From: Nitrospirota bacterium
Lineage (GTDB): Bacteria; Nitrospirota; Nitrospiria; Nitrospirales; Nitrospiraceae
DNA length: 64,000 nt
Assembly (NCBI GenBank): GCA_963701855.1
Contig: CAVPBK010000011.1
Span: 160,001-224,000 of the forward strand
Direction: 5' to 3'
A program made the translations under genes and the position numbers. A model generated the notes under the pieces. That model had not been told where the DNA came from and searched no databases. It worked only from the letters and a program-made list of their open reading frames with translations. Each line of letters opens with the position of its first letter. Position 1 is the stretch's first letter. Below are positions 42,930 through 54,213 of the stretch, piece by piece.

Positions 42930-44171
42930 TTACAAGCGTATCGACGAGGCCGTAGAGGGTTTGTCTGAAAATTGTTCACCTAGCAACTCCCTATATACGC
43001 TCCCAGTTGACTCAGAAATCACGTCCCACGAGTACCGTTCGAGCGCATACTTCCGTATCTCCTGCCGGCGGTTGTTCAAATCCTTATAGAGATCGCTCGA
43101 GAAATACGTTTCGATGGCCCTTGCCAGGTCAACTGAATCCTCCGGTCTGCAAACAAACCCCGTTCTCCCCTCGATGATCTCTTCTCTTAAAGCCCCCACG
43201 TCTGTTGCGACTACAGGGAGGCCGAAACTATACCCCAAAAACAGTACGCCACTTTGGTAGATGTGCCTATATGGTAATACGAACAGATCGGCCGCTTTAA
43301 AGTACACTTCCGTTTCATCATCTGGAATGTACTCGATCTTCAGGAGTATCTGTCCCCCATTCCTGTCATGCGTGATCATTTCTTGAATACCGTTCCAATA
43401 CGTCTCACAGTTTTTTAAGTTACCCGCGATGATCAACCGATAACTGCCATTTCTCGTCGCAACTTGCCGGAATGCATCGACCAGGTATTCGAGCCCTTTA
43501 TAGGGGGCGATGTTCCCAAAGAATAGGATTACTCGGTCCTTCTCAGCAATTCCGAGTCGTCGTCTTGCCTCGTCAGAGGTGAGGTTTGTATTGGGAACGG
43601 CGTTGTTGATCCCAAAGGGAATGACAGTGATTGCTGAAGCAGAAATACCGAATTCTTCTATGAGTTCGCACTTCATCTTCTTCGTATGAACAAAGAGATG
43701 GTCCGCCAGTCGATATTGGATTTTCAACGTAAGCCGATTCAGCAGGGTATCGTTCAAGTCCCTCTTTTTCGCATTCACGTTGTGGACGGTAAGGACGATC
43801 TTTTTCCTCAGGAGTTTGTAGTAGAGCATAAGGAGAACTCGATCGAACACCTCAAACTTATTGTTCCACAGAATGTGAAAAATCTTTGGCCTTGCCGTCG
43901 TCGCGTAGCGTATAAGCCTGACATAGTACCTCAAGACTCTTGAAACCTTGGTTGCCCGACTAGCGTCTGGCCTCTGATCCCCCCGGAGATTAAGAAAGTT
44001 TACTTGGGATGTACCATGCCATTCAGGGCTATCCAGCTCATCCCCACCAATGAGATCCAGGCAGAGGCTTTTTGAAAGGAGCGCGGTGGCCAGTCCGAAC
44101 GCGTATGGCCGGTCCCCACCACCGGTGAGCAGGGCAACTTCCACCTCAGACTTCACATTCATTTCCCACAA
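42930..44171 (-). CDS. Glycosyltransferase family 4
   Basis: FFGNIAPYKG, ADLFVLPY, QSGV, PVVATDVG. Confidence 0.9.
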   Translation of the reverse strand: MWEMNVKSEVEVALLTGGGDRPYAFGLATALLSKSLCLDLIGGDELDSPEWHGTSQVNFLNLRGDQRPDASRATKVSRVLRYYVRLIRYATTARPKIFHILWNNKFEVFDRVLLMLYYKLLRKKIVLTVHNVNAKKRDLNDTLLNRLTLKIQYRLADHLFVHTKKMKCELIEEFGISASAITVIPFGINNAVPNTNLTSDEARRRLGIAEKDRVILFFGNIAPYKGLEYLVDAFRQVATRNGSYRLIIAGNLKNCETYWNGIQEMITHDRNGGQILLKIEYIPDDETEVYFKAADLFVLPYRHIYQSGVLFLGYSFGLPVVATDVGALREEIIEGRTGFVCRPEDSVDLARAIETYFSSDLYKDLNNRRQEIRKYALERYSWDVISESTGSVYRELLGEQFSDKPSTASSIRL

Positions 44172-44174
44172 CTC

Positions 44175-45383
44175 TCAATCTGCTGTCCCATACGCCGTGA
44201 GTGGTGACATAGGCGGAATGGCAGCCCACTGACGTTCGACAGCCGCTTCCACCATGTCGGTCGTGATCAATTCCATACAATTCGGCACGAAGTCACACGT
44301 CGCTTTATAACAGGAGAGACACTCCATATGGGGGACAACTTTTTCTCCAAGGCCGTACAGCTCAATCTCAGCAGCGCTGGTCGGGCCGAACAAGACAATT
44401 GTCCGACGGCGTAACGCCAGCGATAGATGCATCGCCAGCGTATCACCCGTGATCACCAGGCTGCATGCCCCGACAAGAGAAGCAAAGTGACGGACAGAAT
44501 TATCGCATCCGGCATCGATCAAGGGTACGCTCGATCGAGATGCCAGTCGTTTGTGCCGCTCGCGTTCCTCCGGTCCGCCAAGAAGCACGAACTGTGCTGG
44601 TCGTTTTTTCGCCACACGTTCGACCAACTCGAGATACCCCTCTTCGCGCCATTGCTTCAGCTCCCAGCGACGCCCTGCCCCGGTATTGAGACCAACGATC
44701 GGAAGGGAAAAGTCGACACCGAGCTTCTTTAGATGTGCCCGACCTCGCTCTCGTTCTTCATCAGTCAAGTGAAGGACGTATCGATGAGGATGCCCTGACA
44801 AACCAATGATATCCGCCATCATGTCCTGGTAGCTTTTTGTGCCTTGGCGCTTGAGGTCATCGAACACGCCCATCTCCAGCCACCTCCTGGCGGCGGCGTT
44901 GGTCGGCTGGACATAGCCTCTGGCGTCTAGAATGAAACCGTCCTTCCTTGCTGCATTTGCCGCACTGGCAAGCGCCGCGCTGGTCTTCCCTGCATCAAGA
45001 TTGATCACGCGATCGAAGGCTCGCACCCGCAGTTGAAGCAATGCATCCTCACCGTAATCGAGAATCTCGCTAATATACGGATTCCCCTCCAGCAATGGAC
45101 GGGCCTCGCGTCTGGTGATCCAGATGATCGATGCTCGAGGATGCGCCTCAGCCAACGCAGGAAGCAGCGCAGTGGTGCGCAACACATCGCCTATGGCGTC
45201 GAGCTTGATGATCAAGAGGCGTTCTTCGACCCGTTGGTAATGGTCACAGGGGCAGAGAACGCCCGTGGACTTATGCCATATGCAAGGCCGATCTCCTACA
45301 AAGAATCGACAGTCGAAGGCGATCTCACGTGTCGCGCCGTCTTGGCTCCCGGCTGGGTTATGAGCTGGTTCATTCTCTGCCAT
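44175..45383 (-). CDS. Glycosyltransferase family 9 (heptosyltransferase-like)
   Basis: IKLDAIGDVL, KQW, TGDTLAMHL, LFGPT. Confidence 0.88.
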   Translation of the reverse strand: MAENEPAHNPAGSQDGATREIAFDCRFFVGDRPCIWHKSTGVLCPCDHYQRVEERLLIIKLDAIGDVLRTTALLPALAEAHPRASIIWITRREARPLLEGNPYISEILDYGEDALLQLRVRAFDRVINLDAGKTSAALASAANAARKDGFILDARGYVQPTNAAARRWLEMGVFDDLKRQGTKSYQDMMADIIGLSGHPHRYVLHLTDEERERGRAHLKKLGVDFSLPIVGLNTGAGRRWELKQWREEGYLELVERVAKKRPAQFVLLGGPEERERHKRLASRSSVPLIDAGCDNSVRHFASLVGACSLVITGDTLAMHLSLALRRRTIVLFGPTSAAEIELYGLGEKVVPHMECLSCYKATCDFVPNCMELITTDMVEAAVERQWAAIPPMSPLTAYGTAD

Positions 45384-45489
45384 GAATCGCCTTACCCTTT
45401 TCTCTTTAGAAATACGCTAGTCGACCATTGCCTACGCACCCGGATGGTAGAGGAGGACATTCTCCGTAATGGTATGGATGCCTCAGCAC

Positions 45490-46330
45490 TTACCCTCGAT
45501 TCAATGAAAGACCAGCGTTTTTCCAAAACACTTCAAGGCTCGGCTCGGAGCAAGAGCCGAACACTTCTCTGAACTCATTTAATGTTACCCATTTGTCCAA
45601 TATTAGCCCTCGCCCACAGTCGACTACATAGTTAAACTTCCCATCAGCCGCAATGTTCCCCAGCAACTCGATGCACTCCAGCCCCTCCTGTTTAAATTCT
45701 GGCAAATTTACCTCAAACGAAAGATATGGGACAGGCCTCTTTAGGCCTCGCAATACGTGGGGCTCATGCCCCTCCACATCGATTTTTACAAAAAAAGGGC
45801 GCCCATATGTTACGAATAGCTCCTCCAATGAAATCGCCTCGACCTCTTTGTGTTGAGCAAAGTTCAGACGATGACCAAACCGCACCTCATCACGTCTCAA
45901 TGTATCTACCCACTTCTTGCTCAGTGTGTTTTTTGCAGATCCCGGCTCATCAATCCACAGCTTATGAACGGCGCACTTGTCGCTTACCGCTTTCCCCACA
46001 ACAATCACCGGCTTTTTAACCCATCTGTACCTCAAGAACTTATCCCTTAACGCCTCTTGATTCATCTCATCGGGATCAACTGCCAAGACTTTTGCGCCGA
46101 CTCGAAGAAATATATCCGTCTTCTGGCCATAATTTGCCCCAATATCGAAAATCAAGTCCCCGTCCTGAAACCCTTCTAACAGATCGCGGTAGAAGCTTTA
46201 CCTCTCTAGACCTTCCCTCAATCATCCTCTTATCGGCAAATCTCCAATAGAGGTCGTAAAGACATGACGCCTTCAGTCGATTATAGAGGCCGACTCGCTT
46301 AAGTAACGATTGGACAGACCGCTTAATCAT
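45490..46330 (-). CDS. FkbM-family methyltransferase, +1 frameshift near 46198
   Basis: IFDIGANYG, KIDVEGHE; N-terminus lies in ORF 46076-46336. Confidence 0.87.
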
Positions 46331-46475
46331 TTGCAAGGTATGCCTTCGCTGGTGGCCAGAGTTTTCCGGTTCTTTGAATCACACAACGGAGCTTCCTATG
46401 ACTGCGTTGTTCGAATTAGATTAGTGACAGCCTCCCCGCTGCAGGCGGCTGGCGAGCAGCTTGGGCAGGAGAAAT

Positions 46476-47934
46476 TCAGCGGGGATTATCCGTTAACTTA
46501 ACCGCGACTCCCGGGGGTCTCCCATGAGAGTGTTGTACCCCAACCCCAGCCCACGAAAGTGGAGTCTTCTCATGATCTGGACCTCCGCCGACTGGTAGTC
46601 GGGCAGTGCGGTTTGCAAGTACCATAGCCCCGGTTATCGCCAAAAGAAGGAACATCCACACAGGAGTCATCATCCTGAAGAATGCTGCCTCGGTACAGTT
46701 GTAGACCACCCCAACCGAGAAATACGCCAGCATGAGGCTACCTATCTGGGGACTGCGGCGGAACGCAGCGATGACTCTCCGATACCCCGTCGCCATGACG
46801 ACGGCGAGCAAAGCCACTCCCGCCCACCCTAGGTTCAAGTAGACCTCAAGATAGCCATTATGAGACGAAAGCGGCTTCCACGTGTACACACTCCAGATCT
46901 TCTTGAGTCGCGATCCAAGCCAGAAACTTTCGTAACCGGTTCCGACAAGGGAGTTCCCGCTCACGGAGATGAGCAAAGCCCAGACCTCAGTCCGATCAGT
47001 AAGTGTGGGATCCCTTCCTATTGTTTCCAGAGCATCGGGGCTGACGTTGAAGAACAGGACAGAAGTAGTTACAGATACAATCGCCGCTATGATCACGTGC
47101 ACCACTACCGGATTTTTGACAACAACACGAAGGTTCCCCGCCAAGAGTATGGCGCTACCTATTATGAAGCATGACAGCGAGGTCATCGAATTGGCTAGCC
47201 AGAACAGCCACAGCACCATCATCAGAATGACACCATGAGCCAATAGCCGCCTGGTGCGGGCGGTGCCCTTCCTGTCCTGGTAGGCCATGAGTAAGCGCCA
47301 CACAGTTGCCAGCCCGCACAACAGGCAAATCATCCCAAGACCGTTCTTGTTGAGTGAGACGCCTGTATAGAACGTCTTGTACGTCCACCGATGGATTCCC
47401 CTCCCAATGTCGGGGTAAAATTTGATGAACAATACGGAAAGGGGGACAAGGAGATACGTCGTCCGAGCGAGGAGCCGCTCGAACGCTGCGGACGGTTCAC
47501 GATCGCTCAAGACCACCAGGACCATAACGAGGTCGCCCAAAGCCTTAATCCAACGCTTGAACGCCACCTCGGGGTAGTCCGACCAGAGGATGCTCACGGC
47601 GCAGTAGAGGAAGAATAAAATGATTAGCCCATTCGCCTGCAAAAGCTTCACAACCTGCCTGCTTCTCTTGACAAGCACGATTAACCCTAGGGCCAACAAC
47701 CCACTGTACACCAGGAGATCGATCGGACTCCCTTCCACCATCCGATCGGCCGTCAGCTGATCCATCGGCGTCCCCATCTGCAGCCATTGGCCCACCGATC
47801 GTGAACAAGCAAGAAACCACCAGACCACAGCGATCCAAAGAGCTCCTGAGGGACGAGAGTTCTGGTCTCCGGTCGAGCCAGAAAATCCCCAGAATCAAAA
47901 GCGCAAAAACGCCACTGGCAACTGCAGGAGGCAT
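46476..47934 (-). CDS. O-antigen ligase/Wzy-like polymerase, +1 frameshift near 47868
   Basis: Multi-TM, NKNGLG, TLTDRTEVW, GTGYESFW, HNGYLE. Confidence 0.85.
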
Positions 47935-48085
47935 TTATCGTCTCTCCAGGGATTGAAGTGGCATTCGTTCACTCAAAATCGCTAAGGTTATGAAGGCAAG
48001 CTAGACGCATGGCATTACCCATAAGCAAGGGCATGAAATCGAGAGAAGATGACTGGCTGTACTATTGAATTGGCAGCGACTCTGC

Positions 48086-49511
48086 CTAAAACTGAAAATA
48101 AATAAAGGGTGCGGAATCCGTTACCCCCAGGCAAACGATCAGGAGCACTAGAGCCGCATAGAACATGATGCGCTCCGGGATCAGGCGCTGAGGAATTTCC
48201 TGTGCCCAGTTACGATCCTTCTGTATAAACAGGTGGGTTAGAAACACCGCGGCCACTGCGGGCAGTATGTAAGGCGAAACAAATCGAGTGCCGTCGTGGC
48301 TCCACACCATGAGCCTGCTAAGGTATTCGATGGCAGCCGGCCAGGATTCTGCTCGGAAGAAAAGCCATCCTATAAGCACTACACCGAGCGTCAAAAGACG
48401 CGAGAACAGAGCCCAAAAAAACTGGAAAGTTGGACGATTCTCCAGTGAAGACAGCGGAGCCCATGCCACCCATACTCTGTGAATTGCCAGAGAGACGCCG
48501 TGAAGTCCTCCCCAGAACACAAAATTCCAACTGGCGCCGTGCCACAACCCACATAGCAGCATGGTGACCAGACAGATTCGACATAGGTTCGTCCGATACC
48601 CTTGCGATTTCCTCCCAGCGGAATGTAAAGGTAGTCACGAAACCAGGTGGAAAGTGAGATGTGCCACCGCCGCCAGAATTCGGTGATATTCACGGCGCTG
48701 TAAGGCATCTGGAAGTTTTCCATAAACCGGAATCCCATCATGCGGGCAGCGCCAATCGCCATATCGGAGTAGCCGGAAAAATCACAGTAAATCTGTAATG
48801 CGTACCCAGCAGCCCTTGGAGCAATGTGAATCCGTCGTAGTTACCAGGCGCTTTAAAGATGAGATCAACATGCGGTGCGATTCGGTCTGAAATCACGAGT
48901 TTCTTGACCGCCCCCACACCGAACTGCGCAAGACCGATTTCAAAATCAAGCGCAATGACGCATAGGTGCTCCTTAAATTGCGGCAGTAAGTTGTTGGCTC
49001 GATTGATTGGGCCCGCCAGGAGCTGTGGGAAGAAGGCCACAAACAGCATGAAGTCCCGCAGGCTATGAACAGGCTGGACGTTTCGACGGTAGGTCTCAAT
49101 CGTGTACGTCATGCTTTGAAACGTAAAAAATGAAATACCTAAAGGCAAAATGATGTCATATTGCCAGCGAGCTACCTGGAATCCCAGTACGGTAAGGCCC
49201 GACCAGAGATTATCGAGCAAGAAATTCGTATATTTAAAGTAAGCCAGCACCCCGAGGTTGACCACAATGCTCACTACCAGAAGTAGTTTGCGTTTTCGCT
49301 GGTCCTCGATCCGTCCCAACCACACACCAACGGAATAATCAACGAGCGACGTAAACAGAATTAGGAAAGCACAGGGGATGCTCCAGCTCATGTAGAACAC
49401 GTAACTTGCGACTAGCAGAAACCATTTCTCCGCGGTGAAGTTACGTATACAACTCCGAACAAGTAGGACCCCCAAAAAAAAGACAACAAACTCGAACGAG
49501 GTGAAATTCAT
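48086..49511 (-). CDS. MBOAT O-acyltransferase (AlgI-like), frameshifted near 48805 and 48575
   Basis: [56 protein letters not shown] over three ORFs. Confidence 0.88.
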
Positions 49512-50509
49512 GGCAGAGTTATAAATTCTCTTAATCGGTCTAGGAGAGCGTCTGTTGCGATGTTCTGGCCGTAGGAGTTCATATGCACCAGGTCCTGGAA
49601 GTACTGGTTTGAGCTTAACCCATTCAACTGGTCCAGACGGACCCAGTGCACCTTCTCGACGCTGTGCCGTACCTCAGCCACATCTTCCTCAAAGCGCTGC
49701 TGCACCTCCGCGGTTAGGAATTCCTTGGCGTAGGCAGACGAGACCGGGAGCACCACCACGACCACGCTGCCTTGTTCCTGTGCTCGATGCAACATTCGTA
49801 GGAACGCCAATCTCTTAGGCCCGTTGAATACATGTCTCCCCTGACAGGCAATGCGCATTGCCACAAGTCGTCGCAACATCATGCCCTGAGACCAATCGGT
49901 GATTTTTTCCTTCTTGAAGTCATCGAATGACAGTGTCGGAGTTTCCTCGCTCTCCATAGGCCCCAATGGCATTACATATGTTGCGGCCTTCTCACGGAGC
50001 CCGCGAATGACGCCGGGCGAACGGCCGGCCGTCGGAAAGAGCGTCCTAACATAAGTCAGCGGGTACATACTTAGTACGCGCTTATGAAAGGTCCAATCGA
50101 GGTGGGTTTGCCAAAGATCTTCGATGGTTTGTGTCAAAGGCACCACGTGGGCGCGATAGTCTGATAAAAAGTATTCGTTGAGGTCATACAGCGACACTAC
50201 TAGGATCGTCAGCTTAGTATGGGATTCTAGATATTGAAAGCGTTCCCACTCCGGTGGTGACGACCCTGCGAGCCCCCACCCTTCAATTCTATGATTGAGC
50301 CTGCTGGCAATTAGTTGCCACGAGAGCCCGTCCCGCGCGAGAGAAGACCCGGCCATAAACACGGAAGCCTTGCCTTCACCTGGTCCGATCACCCAATAAC
50401 CGCCGGGAGCCGTCTCGATCCTCAACCATGAGGTTATGCCGTGACTTATAACTGCGGTAATCAATCCAACAGCGCATAGGATTGTTAGTAATTCAACCCT
50501 TCGGCTCAT
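49508..50509 (-). CDS. SGNH-like acyltransferase partner (AlgJ/DltD-like)
   Basis: N-terminal TM, GSS motif, C-terminal DLVH (DxxH); overlaps MBOAT start. Confidence 0.65.
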   Translation of the reverse strand: MSRRVELLTILCAVGLITAVISHGITSWLRIETAPGGYWVIGPGEGKASVFMAGSSLARDGLSWQLIASRLNHRIEGWGLAGSSPPEWERFQYLESHTKLTILVVSLYDLNEYFLSDYRAHVVPLTQTIEDLWQTHLDWTFHKRVLSMYPLTYVRTLFPTAGRSPGVIRGLREKAATYVMPLGPMESEETPTLSFDDFKKEKITDWSQGMMLRRLVAMRIACQGRHVFNGPKRLAFLRMLHRAQEQGSVVVVVLPVSSAYAKEFLTAEVQQRFEEDVAEVRHSVEKVHWVRLDQLNGLSSNQYFQDLVHMNSYGQNIATDALLDRLREFITLP

Positions 50510-50912
50510 AATCTCAATCCTCTTCCAGTCATAGTTCGAAGTACTCCTGACATGGGCTTACACAACGTGGGTGTTCGCCCTCATCTCGGCTCAAGGAACC
50601 TCAGACTGCAGCGTCATCTAGCAGTGGCTGGCGGTGTAGTGGTTGATCTGCTGCAGGGATAAATAAGAGACGCAGTCGTGGGTCTCGCCCATCCGGTTTC
50701 CCTTTATCGCCAGCATCTGGCCAAATAATTCCATTGGCAACTCCCTGAGGCATTTATCATTCCTCCGGGAGCATAACCGAGAGGAAGCTCTGAATCATTT
50801 CTGCTCCAGGCAGGCTTCTAGGATAAGCACGTTGTGGATTGTCATCGTCTAATGACCATGATCGCGTGGGCTCAGACCGATGAGACCGCCGGCACCTGGC
50901 AGGCCGCTATTT

Positions 50913-51809
50913 CTACGACTGTGCTGTAAGGGATTTGAGCTTGCGGTTATACCACGCGTTCCGGAGTTCGCGGAACCTGGTCAGTAAAGGTTCTGGAACA
51001 TAATCGAAAAAACTGTGGTGCAGGCCGAGGCGAAATGCCACGGCGCCGATGCGAGTCAACGGCACGTAGTATCGAGGCAAATCAATTCGCTGAAACCCGT
51101 TGTTTTCCTTAAAATCGCTGAGGCTGTCCCGCTGCTTTGCCCCATATGCGAACTTTGAGTACACAATATAGGGGATGCCGCGTTTCGTACAGCTTTGCAC
51201 TGCCTGGGCAATGAGCGCATTCATGGGAGCCTTGTCCCTATGCTGGACCATCGCAATAATGTGCATCACTGCGGCCTGCGATCGAGCGTCATCGCATGTT
51301 AACTTTAGGAAGCCTATGAGTTTTTCGCCGAGAAAGGCCCCGAGAAAGAGGCTGGTTTCCGGGAACGTGGCGCTGATTTGATGTACGGTCTCAACATCTT
51401 TGCCATAGTGAAAAAATGGCCTTCCCTGTCGGACAGGACACTCGTTGTAGATTTCCCAAATCCCACTTACGAGCGCGTCATCGAAGGGTACCTCGCGAAC
51501 CACTACGCCCTTCTTCTCGGCGCGTCGAACCATGTTCCGGGTCTTTCCGTCGATCTGCTGGGTCCACCAGTGTTCGAATGTCGACACGGGCAAGGCGGCC
51601 ACGTTGTCCCACTCCATCGGATAGCTGTATTCTGGCGACGTGGGGGGCAACTTCTGCATGAAGGTGAAGAGGTCTATCCCAATCCCCGCCTCCCGTAGGT
51701 ACTTGATCGCAGCGTCTGGATTCTCCAAGAACTCGAACCGGTCGTGTGCGAGGCGAGCAATCCGGACTAACCGGCCCTGCACGATGATTTCCTTACCGCA
51801 AACGTTCAT
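50913..51809 (-). CDS. GNAT/FemAB-like protein
   Basis: RNMVRRAEKKGV, NALIAQAV, SLSDFKENNGF. Confidence 0.7.
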   Translation of the reverse strand: MNVCGKEIIVQGRLVRIARLAHDRFEFLENPDAAIKYLREAGIGIDLFTFMQKLPPTSPEYSYPMEWDNVAALPVSTFEHWWTQQIDGKTRNMVRRAEKKGVVVREVPFDDALVSGIWEIYNECPVRQGRPFFHYGKDVETVHQISATFPETSLFLGAFLGEKLIGFLKLTCDDARSQAAVMHIIAMVQHRDKAPMNALIAQAVQSCTKRGIPYIVYSKFAYGAKQRDSLSDFKENNGFQRIDLPRYYVPLTRIGAVAFRLGLHHSFFDYVPEPLLTRFRELRNAWYNRKLKSLTAQS

Positions 51810-51982
51810 AAACTATTCCTCTCCGAGGAGCGCCCGCCCCATGGCACAGCCGCGAGGAGCGCAATTCAGACACCCTTGTCAGCGTTCAATACGATTAATC
51901 CACAATCTGTTGGGGAGGGGGAAGAAGTGCATGTGGAACCAAGGAATGCGCTTGAGTCAGCGCAGCACCCTGTGAAACTGGC

Positions 51983-53134
51983 CTAGTTTTGGGGATGAGT
52001 CTGCACCGATATCGTGTCTTGCATCTGACATTCGTACGTAGACAGTAATTGTCTGGCATTGAGTTGATCAAAAATATTATCCATTATTTTGGCGGTCAAC
52101 AGAATTTCCCGGTATGGTATCGGTACCGGCCTGTCATGAACGATTGATTTATAGAACGACTCGATTAAGTACTTCATGCCGGATTTCATGTGGAAGTCAT
52201 GTGTTACGAAGGCTCTCATATTCGTAGTCAGGTTCCCGAGAAACTGTGATGCGAATATCACGGGGGGAATGAAATTCTCGGCGTAGCTCTTGAATCTCCC
52301 GCCACGAAGCTTGATTAAGGTCTCTTGATCCTGATCCAGAATGAACCCGTTCTTCGGCCCAAATACACGAAGCTGATGGATCGAAGGACGCATTTGTGAG
52401 GAGAATGTGAAATAGGCAGTAGTCCGCTCTTCTTCACTTATGATGACCCGTAATTCATCAATGATCTCTGTTTCGCCCATCCTCTTGAGCAGCGGACTCA
52501 CAAAGCCGTGCGCAATCACGTGCGGTGAATCGGCGGTCAAAAACTCAGCAATCTTGGCGATGCCGTGACTAATGATGTTGTGCAGCAGCTTACCAGGCAA
52601 GCGACGCACCCAATGTTGTTTATCGCTCAGAAGCGCCCGTACATAGCCATCGTCGCCAAGTTCGTAACAGTAGTAGCTCTCCATATGGACCGGCACTCCG
52701 CCTAAGTAACCACTTTGCACAAGTTCACGCATGCGTCTTGCCACAGGGTTGAACTGAGCATCATGCCCCACAGTCAGTTTGAGCTTCTTTTCATCAGCAA
52801 GAGCGATCAGACGTTGCGCATCCGCATAGTTGAGCGTGAAGGGTTTCTCCACATAGACATGACAGCCACGATCGAGACAGAAGCCGGCAATCTTGTAATG
52901 GCTTTCTGGCGGCGTGGTGATGTGAACCACATCTGGCCTGGCCTCATCCAGCAGTATCGCCAAATCTGTACACTGTTTCTTGACCTGGAATCTCTCAGCG
53001 AGTTGCTTGGCCATGAGCGGCTCAGTATCGCACACCCCCACAATCTCGCAGCCGCTGATTCTCTGGATCCGTGAGGCATGCTCATCGGCAATCTTGCCAC
53101 ACCCCACAATGGCGACTTTAAGCATTTCAGCCAT
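51983..53134 (-). CDS. Gfo/Idh/MocA oxidoreductase
   Basis: VGCGKIA, VEKP. Confidence 0.88.
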   Translation of the reverse strand: MAEMLKVAIVGCGKIADEHASRIQRISGCEIVGVCDTEPLMAKQLAERFQVKKQCTDLAILLDEARPDVVHITTPPESHYKIAGFCLDRGCHVYVEKPFTLNYADAQRLIALADEKKLKLTVGHDAQFNPVARRMRELVQSGYLGGVPVHMESYYCYELGDDGYVRALLSDKQHWVRRLPGKLLHNIISHGIAKIAEFLTADSPHVIAHGFVSPLLKRMGETEIIDELRVIISEEERTTAYFTFSSQMRPSIHQLRVFGPKNGFILDQDQETLIKLRGGRFKSYAENFIPPVIFASQFLGNLTTNMRAFVTHDFHMKSGMKYLIESFYKSIVHDRPVPIPYREILLTAKIMDNIFDQLNARQLLSTYECQMQDTISVQTHPQN

Positions 53135-54179
53135 TCTCCCGGCAGCCTTGGAAAAACCTCCGCAATCCCTCGTCCATAGACACCTTGGGTGCCCAGCCTA
53201 ACCGGTCCTTGAGTTTGTCGTTACAGTAACCTGTGCGTTTCATTTCGACGTGCCACCTCCGGCGGTTGAAGACAGGCGGCAATTGCCCATGCGACCACGT
53301 GGAATATTGTTCCCACAATCGACAGAATAGATAACTGACGGCATGCGGAACATAGATAGATCTAAAGTTTCTCACGTTCCGTTTGTAGAGGCGCAGAAAC
53401 TTCCGACTGGTCGGAAGGTCGTCGTCTACGATATTGAATGCCTCGCCATCCACTCCTGGCTTGAGACCGGCTAAGGCAATGGCGTCGGCGCAATTGTCGA
53501 CATACGTAAACGGTATGCGATTGCCCCCACCCAAATGCAGAAATACCCCGAATGTATCGATCCCTATCCGTCCGGTAATCTGTTTCTTCCCTGGCCCAAA
53601 CACGGACCCAGGCCTGAGGGTGACGTATGGGACGCCATATTTCTTGCCATATTCCGCCACAAGTTCCTCTTGCTTTACTTTTGCGTAGCAGTAGGCATCC
53701 GGTATCAGCTCGGGATACCGCTCGACCGGGCAGGACTCATCGAGAAGGTTTCGCGTTGGCTTTCGCACGTTGGTATACACCGTAAAAGAACTGATATTGA
53801 CAAATCGCCGGAGGCACCCTTGTTCGACAGTCGCCTCCAAGAGGTTTCGCGTCGTCACCGCTGAGTTCATAAACGCATCAGGAAAGGATTTTTGACCTGT
53901 CCCTGCAGCCAAGTGGAAAATGACTGCGACGCCCTTGGTCGCAGTGGCGCAGTTGCTTTTCGACAGTAGATTACCCTTGATGATCTCAACGCTGTGGCCA
54001 GGATACCGGGTCGCGATTGTCTCAAGTTTATCCACCGAACTGGATGGTCTGACGAAGCATTTCACATTACGAAATCCTCGCTCGATCAGATTTTCCACGA
54101 GTCTCAATCCCATGAAACCGGCGGCGCCCGTGACAAGGATCGGATCCTCGAAGCCGATTATTTCTGATCGATCTTCCAT
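53127..54179 (-). CDS. NAD-dependent epimerase/dehydratase
   Basis: VTGAAGFMG, YCYAK. Confidence 0.88.
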   Translation of the reverse strand: MEDRSEIIGFEDPILVTGAAGFMGLRLVENLIERGFRNVKCFVRPSSSVDKLETIATRYPGHSVEIIKGNLLSKSNCATATKGVAVIFHLAAGTGQKSFPDAFMNSAVTTRNLLEATVEQGCLRRFVNISSFTVYTNVRKPTRNLLDESCPVERYPELIPDAYCYAKVKQEELVAEYGKKYGVPYVTLRPGSVFGPGKKQITGRIGIDTFGVFLHLGGGNRIPFTYVDNCADAIALAGLKPGVDGEAFNIVDDDLPTSRKFLRLYKRNVRNFRSIYVPHAVSYLFCRLWEQYSTWSHGQLPPVFNRRRWHVEMKRTGYCNDKLKDRLGWAPKVSMDEGLRRFFQGCRENG

Positions 54180-54213
54180 TTACTCTCACCCGATATGTTC
54201 TTCGCCCATGATC

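Noticed and set aside
50520..50905. Unexplained ~390-bp gap in the EPS operon
   Set aside because: Short frames translated by hand gave no recognisable motif; cannot support a call
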